From Bacteroidia bacterium (GTDB lineage: Bacteria; Bacteroidota; Bacteroidia; NS11-12g; UBA9320), in the NCBI GenBank assembly GCA_965216465.1, contig CBDCFW010000006.1, forward strand, positions 1,120,001 to 1,184,000: 64,000 bases of DNA. The letters run 5' to 3'. The notes beneath the pieces were generated by a model. The model was given only the letters and a program-made list of their open reading frames with translations, was not told the DNA's origin and made no database searches. Below are positions 60,179 to 64,000 of this stretch, one piece after another (position 1 is the first letter of the stretch; each line of letters opens with the position of its first letter). The position numbers were made by a program, and so were the translations under genes.

Positions 60179-61381
60179 ATGCTAAACAAACTGAAAGCAC
60201 TTGGACCCGGGTTGATTTATGCAGGGGGAGCCATTGGCGTATCTCACCTTGTTCAAAGCACCCAGGCCGGTGCACGCTTTGGTTATGTGTTTATTATAGG
60301 TATTGTTTTGGCTCACCTTTTCAAGTTTCCATTTTTTGCTTTAGGTCCGCGCTATGCACAGCAAACAGGCACTTCTTTGGTTCAAGGTTATGCCAAAATT
60401 GGGCCGTGGGCATTAGGCTTGCTTGGGGCAATGACCATATTAACCATGTTTGCTATTCAGGCAGCGGTTACTATAGTGACAGCAGGCTTGGCTCAGCAAT
60501 TGTTTGGACTTGAATTACTCACATGGCAATGGTCCGCAATCTTGCTTGCTGTCTGCTTGTTGATTTTAAGAGTAGGAAAGTTTAAGGTGCTCGATCAGCT
60601 AATGAAGGTAATCATGATGGTTTTGGCAGTATCTACAATCCTTGCATTTATATTGTCTTTCAGAATTGATACGGGCGCTGATTATTTTTTTAACGGAGAA
60701 TTTCAATGGAGAGATAAGGCCGATTTTGATTTTTTGATTTCTTTTTTAGGGTGGATGCCAGCTCCGTTAGACCTAGCAATTAGTTATAGCATCTGGTCAG
60801 TTTCCAAGCAAGCTATCAGTAAAGTATCGGCGTCGAATTCAAAACTCGATTTCAATATCGGGTATTTCGGAACTGCTATTCTTGGTGTTTGCTTTTTAGT
60901 GCTTGGAGCCCATACGTTATTTGGCATGGGCGCTCCAATCTATTCCCGAGCGGGTGACTTTGCTGCACAACTGGTAGAGATGTTCACCTTCAGCTTAGGC
61001 AAAGAATTTTACTATGTAATACTCATTGCTGCTTTTGCAACCATGTTTAGTACTACGCTTACTGTTTTGGATGCGCTCCCACGCGTGATGTCAGAAATAG
61101 GGTTGGCATTTAATGCCAAAGAGCGAAGACTTGGAATGTGGCAAACTAGCTTAGCTTTAGGTGCACTCGTAATCTTAATATTTTTTGTTGAGAATATGAT
61201 TCAAATGGTGAGTTTCGCTACTACAATATCCTTCTTAACCGCGCCAGTTTTAGCCTTCTTAAGCTATCGATTGGTGAAAATTGAAGAAGGCCGACTTAAC
61301 CTGTGGTCAAAGAGAGAAAAAAGCATAGCATTTATTGGAATCATTTTTCTTGCGTTACTTTCAATATTGTTCTTCGTCTAA
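60179..61381 (+). CDS. NRAMP-like divalent metal cation transporter
   Basis: LGPGL.YA..AIGVSHLVQST.AGA, GWMPAP, MFSTT.T..D; about 11 TMs. Confidence 0.82.
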   Translation: MLNKLKALGPGLIYAGGAIGVSHLVQSTQAGARFGYVFIIGIVLAHLFKFPFFALGPRYAQQTGTSLVQGYAKIGPWALGLLGAMTILTMFAIQAAVTIVTAGLAQQLFGLELLTWQWSAILLAVCLLILRVGKFKVLDQLMKVIMMVLAVSTILAFILSFRIDTGADYFFNGEFQWRDKADFDFLISFLGWMPAPLDLAISYSIWSVSKQAISKVSASNSKLDFNIGYFGTAILGVCFLVLGAHTLFGMGAPIYSRAGDFAAQLVEMFTFSLGKEFYYVILIAAFATMFSTTLTVLDALPRVMSEIGLAFNAKERRLGMWQTSLALGALVILIFFVENMIQMVSFATTISFLTAPVLAFLSYRLVKIEEGRLNLWSKREKSIAFIGIIFLALLSILFFV

Positions 61382-61398
61382 AGAGCAAAGATTGAATT

Positions 61399-62163
61399 TT
61401 GAGAAGAGAATCAAACGACAAATCTCGATCCTCCGTAAAGCAACTGAAGCGTCTAAAAGATGAGGACTTGGTAACTAAGGCCCTTGAAACTGCCAATCCT
61501 ATCTATCTCGAAGAACTCTACGACCGGTATGCTGATAAAGTATATGGAAAGTGTATACAGATGGCAAAGGATGAAGATCTGGCGAAAGATTTATGCCAAG
61601 ATATCCTAATCAAGGCATTTTCGAAGCTCGAAACATTTAACAAGAAAAGTAAGTTTGGCACTTGGTTGTTTCAAGTTACCTACTCCTATTGTATTGATCA
61701 CTTCCGTAAAACGCAGCGATATGTACACAAGCCGTATGAAGAAGAAATGGTTGATTCAGCATTAACCGATAATCAAGACGATGTGTTAGACCAGCAAGAA
61801 GTCGAGCTAAAGCTAACATTGGTTAAAAGAATTCTGAACGATATCCGAATCGAAGAAAAGGTGCTCATACTTCAGAAATATCAAGATCAACTAAGTATAG
61901 CTGAGCTTGCAGAATTGTATGAAACCACAGAAAGTGCAATTAAAATGAAACTCAAAAGATCCAGAGATAAAATTAGAAGGCTATATGAAGAATATAACAA
62001 AGAAGATCCCCATTCAAGATTGGCACAACGAAAATTGAAGGACACAAAAACCCCGAATAATCGGAGAGGCAACAAATCCTCATCCAGTGAGTTTATTGTT
62101 ACGCTAAAAATCTCACTGTTTGCCTTGATTTATCATGTCTTTCCTAACTATAAAATTTCATAA
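61399..62163 (+). CDS. ECF RNA polymerase sigma factor
   Basis: LY.RY..KVY.KC, DL.QD...K.F..L..F..KSKF.TWL, region 4 ESA.KM.L.R; C-terminal extension. Confidence 0.88.
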   Translation: MRRESNDKSRSSVKQLKRLKDEDLVTKALETANPIYLEELYDRYADKVYGKCIQMAKDEDLAKDLCQDILIKAFSKLETFNKKSKFGTWLFQVTYSYCIDHFRKTQRYVHKPYEEEMVDSALTDNQDDVLDQQEVELKLTLVKRILNDIRIEEKVLILQKYQDQLSIAELAELYETTESAIKMKLKRSRDKIRRLYEEYNKEDPHSRLAQRKLKDTKTPNNRRGNKSSSSEFIVTLKISLFALIYHVFPNYKIS

Positions 62164-62242
62164 CCACCCATGCAACTTATAGAAACCCCTTCTCCATAGG
62201 AGATTTGAGATAAACAAACCCAACCCCAATAACCTTAATATT

Positions 62243-62407
62243 ATGAACTTTGAAATTATCAAGAAATTAGAGCCTCAAAAACAACTGCCCAAGTCCATGA
62301 AATCACATGTGCTTAAGCAGGCAATTGAGCAATTGAAATCGACTACTCCGCCAAAGCTGTCAACCCGAAATGTTATACCCGATTCGAAGGCTTGGTGTTC
62401 GGTATGA
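62243..62407 (+). CDS. Putative 54-aa small protein
   Basis: MNFEIIKKLEPQKQLPKSMKSHVLKQAIEQLKS... with an A/C-rich Bacteroidota-style leader; below the ORF-track size cutoff. Confidence 0.35.
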   Translation: MNFEIIKKLEPQKQLPKSMKSHVLKQAIEQLKSTTPPKLSTRNVIPDSKAWCSV

Positions 62408-62579
62408 TCCTTAACATCTCACCTCTAAGTCATTTGTCAATTAAATGTGGGATTTCGCCGGTTTGAGATAATCAGAATTGTGCTACCTTCGTTTTACTAC
62501 CAAAAGACTCCTAGCAGGTGCTTGTTATGAAATACTATCTCATTATGAGCTACTTGTTATTGGCGGTAAAGCAAAGAAG

Positions 62580-63134
62580 ATGATTAAGCCACGAAAAGGA
62601 AATGTATTGATTTCGGAACCGTTTCTACCGGATCCAAACTTTAGTCGTTCGGTTATCTTACTTACAGAAAACAATGAAGATGGAACCGTTGGTTTTGTAC
62701 TGAACCATAAAACCATTTATACAGTAGGAGCTTTAATTGAAGAATTAGACTTCGTACAAAGCGATGTGTATCAAGGCGGTCCTGTCGAATTGGAAAGCTT
62801 TCATTACTTACATACCTATCCAGAAATATCTGGAAGCTCACAAATCACGGATGGCATCTATTGGAGTGGTGATTTCGAGGAAGTGTGCGAAGGACTGAAA
62901 AGCGGGAAGTTCGAAGAGCGTAATTTTAGGTTTTTTGTCGGATATAGCGGCTGGGCAAGGAATCAACTGCGTGCTGAAATGGCCGAAAAAACATGGCTTG
63001 TTAGCAAATTGAACGATGAAGAAATTCTTAATCCCGACTTGAGCGATGAAGAATTATGGAAACATGCCGTAAGACACCTCGATGGAGACGATTCTTTGTT
63101 AGCAAATTCTCCAGTCGACCCTTATCTGAACTAA
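62580..63134 (+). CDS. YqgE/AlgH family protein
   Basis: LISEP...D.NF.RSV, GFVLN, GGPV, FFVGYSGW...QL..E, P.DP.LN. Confidence 0.9.
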   Translation: MIKPRKGNVLISEPFLPDPNFSRSVILLTENNEDGTVGFVLNHKTIYTVGALIEELDFVQSDVYQGGPVELESFHYLHTYPEISGSSQITDGIYWSGDFEEVCEGLKSGKFEERNFRFFVGYSGWARNQLRAEMAEKTWLVSKLNDEEILNPDLSDEELWKHAVRHLDGDDSLLANSPVDPYLN

Positions 63135-63155
63135 AGTGTTTATCTTTGTTCCTCA

Positions 63156-63608
63156 ATGGATACAATCTTAATAAGCTCGCATAGTGTGATGCGATGGGCA
63201 GTAGTTTTATTCGGACTCTACGCCATTACAAAATCAGCTAGAGGCTTGATGAAAAATCAAGACTACACCCCAAACCACAACATGGCAGCCACGCTGTTTG
63301 TTGCTAGTGTTCACCTGCAAGCTTTATTAGGAATTTTACTGTACCTAGCACGTAATTGGGCTTCAAACTTTGCCGACATGAGTAACATGAAAAATGCCAC
63401 TTTACGATTCTGGACTGTAGAACATGCTATCGGAATGCTGGTTGCCGTAATACTGATCCAAGTAGGAAGATCTAAATCTAAAAAGGCAACAGATGTACGT
63501 AAGAAACATAAAACTTCACTCATCTATTTTGCTATCGGATTAATACTGATTTTGGCAATGATACCATGGCCATTTAGAGAAGAAATTGGACGAGCACTTT
63601 GGCCTTAG
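63156..63608 (+). CDS. Four-TM membrane protein (cytochrome b-like, conserved in Bacteroidota)
   Basis: HS..RW, H.Q.L.G..LY, RFW.VEH, IPW; TATCTTTG at 63141. Confidence 0.7.
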   Translation: MDTILISSHSVMRWAVVLFGLYAITKSARGLMKNQDYTPNHNMAATLFVASVHLQALLGILLYLARNWASNFADMSNMKNATLRFWTVEHAIGMLVAVILIQVGRSKSKKATDVRKKHKTSLIYFAIGLILILAMIPWPFREEIGRALWP

Positions 63609-63612
63609 AATC

Positions 63613-63957
63613 ATGAACGAAACTAAAGATCAAATAGTCGAAATTCTGGAACGAGGTCGCACTTGTGTCTGGAACAAATCAACCAACGAGGTTGTTGAAG
63701 TTGCTGATGAAAAATCAGAACATACCGGAACAGTGATTATTCCGCCACAAAGTGTCTTTGTATTTAAGCTTATGGAAGAATATACTTCTAAGGTAGATGA
63801 CTTCGAAAAACAATCACAGCTGATGGAATCTTTAAGCTATGAACGACCATTTGCAACCTTCAAAGACAAGGTCTATAAACTACGTCTTCAAGGCGACTGG
63901 CAAAAATTTAGAAGGCAGCGTTTTGTAGAATGGTTAGAGAATACCTACGAAATTTAG
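63613..63957 (+). CDS. UPF0158-like protein
   Basis: F..ME.Y, RPF..FK, W..FR......WL pattern. Confidence 0.6.
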   Translation: MNETKDQIVEILERGRTCVWNKSTNEVVEVADEKSEHTGTVIIPPQSVFVFKLMEEYTSKVDDFEKQSQLMESLSYERPFATFKDKVYKLRLQGDWQKFRRQRFVEWLENTYEI

Positions 63958-64000
63958 TACACTAAATTTTTCTCAATAAGTTCTTTTAGCTCGTCAATGT

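Noticed and set aside
59212-60513. Short alternative-frame and antisense ORFs over gap and the transporter (and similar ones across the window)
   Set aside because: They are shadows of strongly supported genes and have no independent coding signal.

Overview
AT-rich Bacteroidota DNA, judged by TAnnTTTG promoters, T9SS sorting signals and Bacteroidota-type T6SS genes. Positions 1-29800 hold a tightly co-oriented type VI secretion (T6SS subtype iii) locus with an unusual layout. It opens with a T9SS-exported protein, an outer-membrane barrel, two PKD/TssP-like paralogues, a small exported protein, two TssR-like paralogues, a MacB-type ABC transporter and a barrel-TSP3-OmpA-like protein. These are followed by tssH-tssB-tssC-hcp-vgrG-tssE-tssF, then a PAAR/adaptor/effector cassette with a Tle1-like lipase, and an M23 peptidase. 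No tssG, tssK, tssN, tssO or tssQ is recognisable in the window. Next is a WD40-caspase gene broken by a single in-frame TGA. A long mixed accessory region follows (LTA-synthase-like sulfatase, WG-repeat protein, IorAB/XdhC/MocA molybdoenzyme operon, T9SS cargo, ECF42-DGPF pair, PaiB, methyltransferase, PanE-like, cupredoxin-like, Crp/Fnr, hydrolase, FRG) and ends at a tRNA-Glu with a partial 3' duplication. The window closes with housekeeping-like genes (gap, NRAMP-like transporter, ECF sigma, YqgE). All family calls come from motif recognition by eye; no searches were run.
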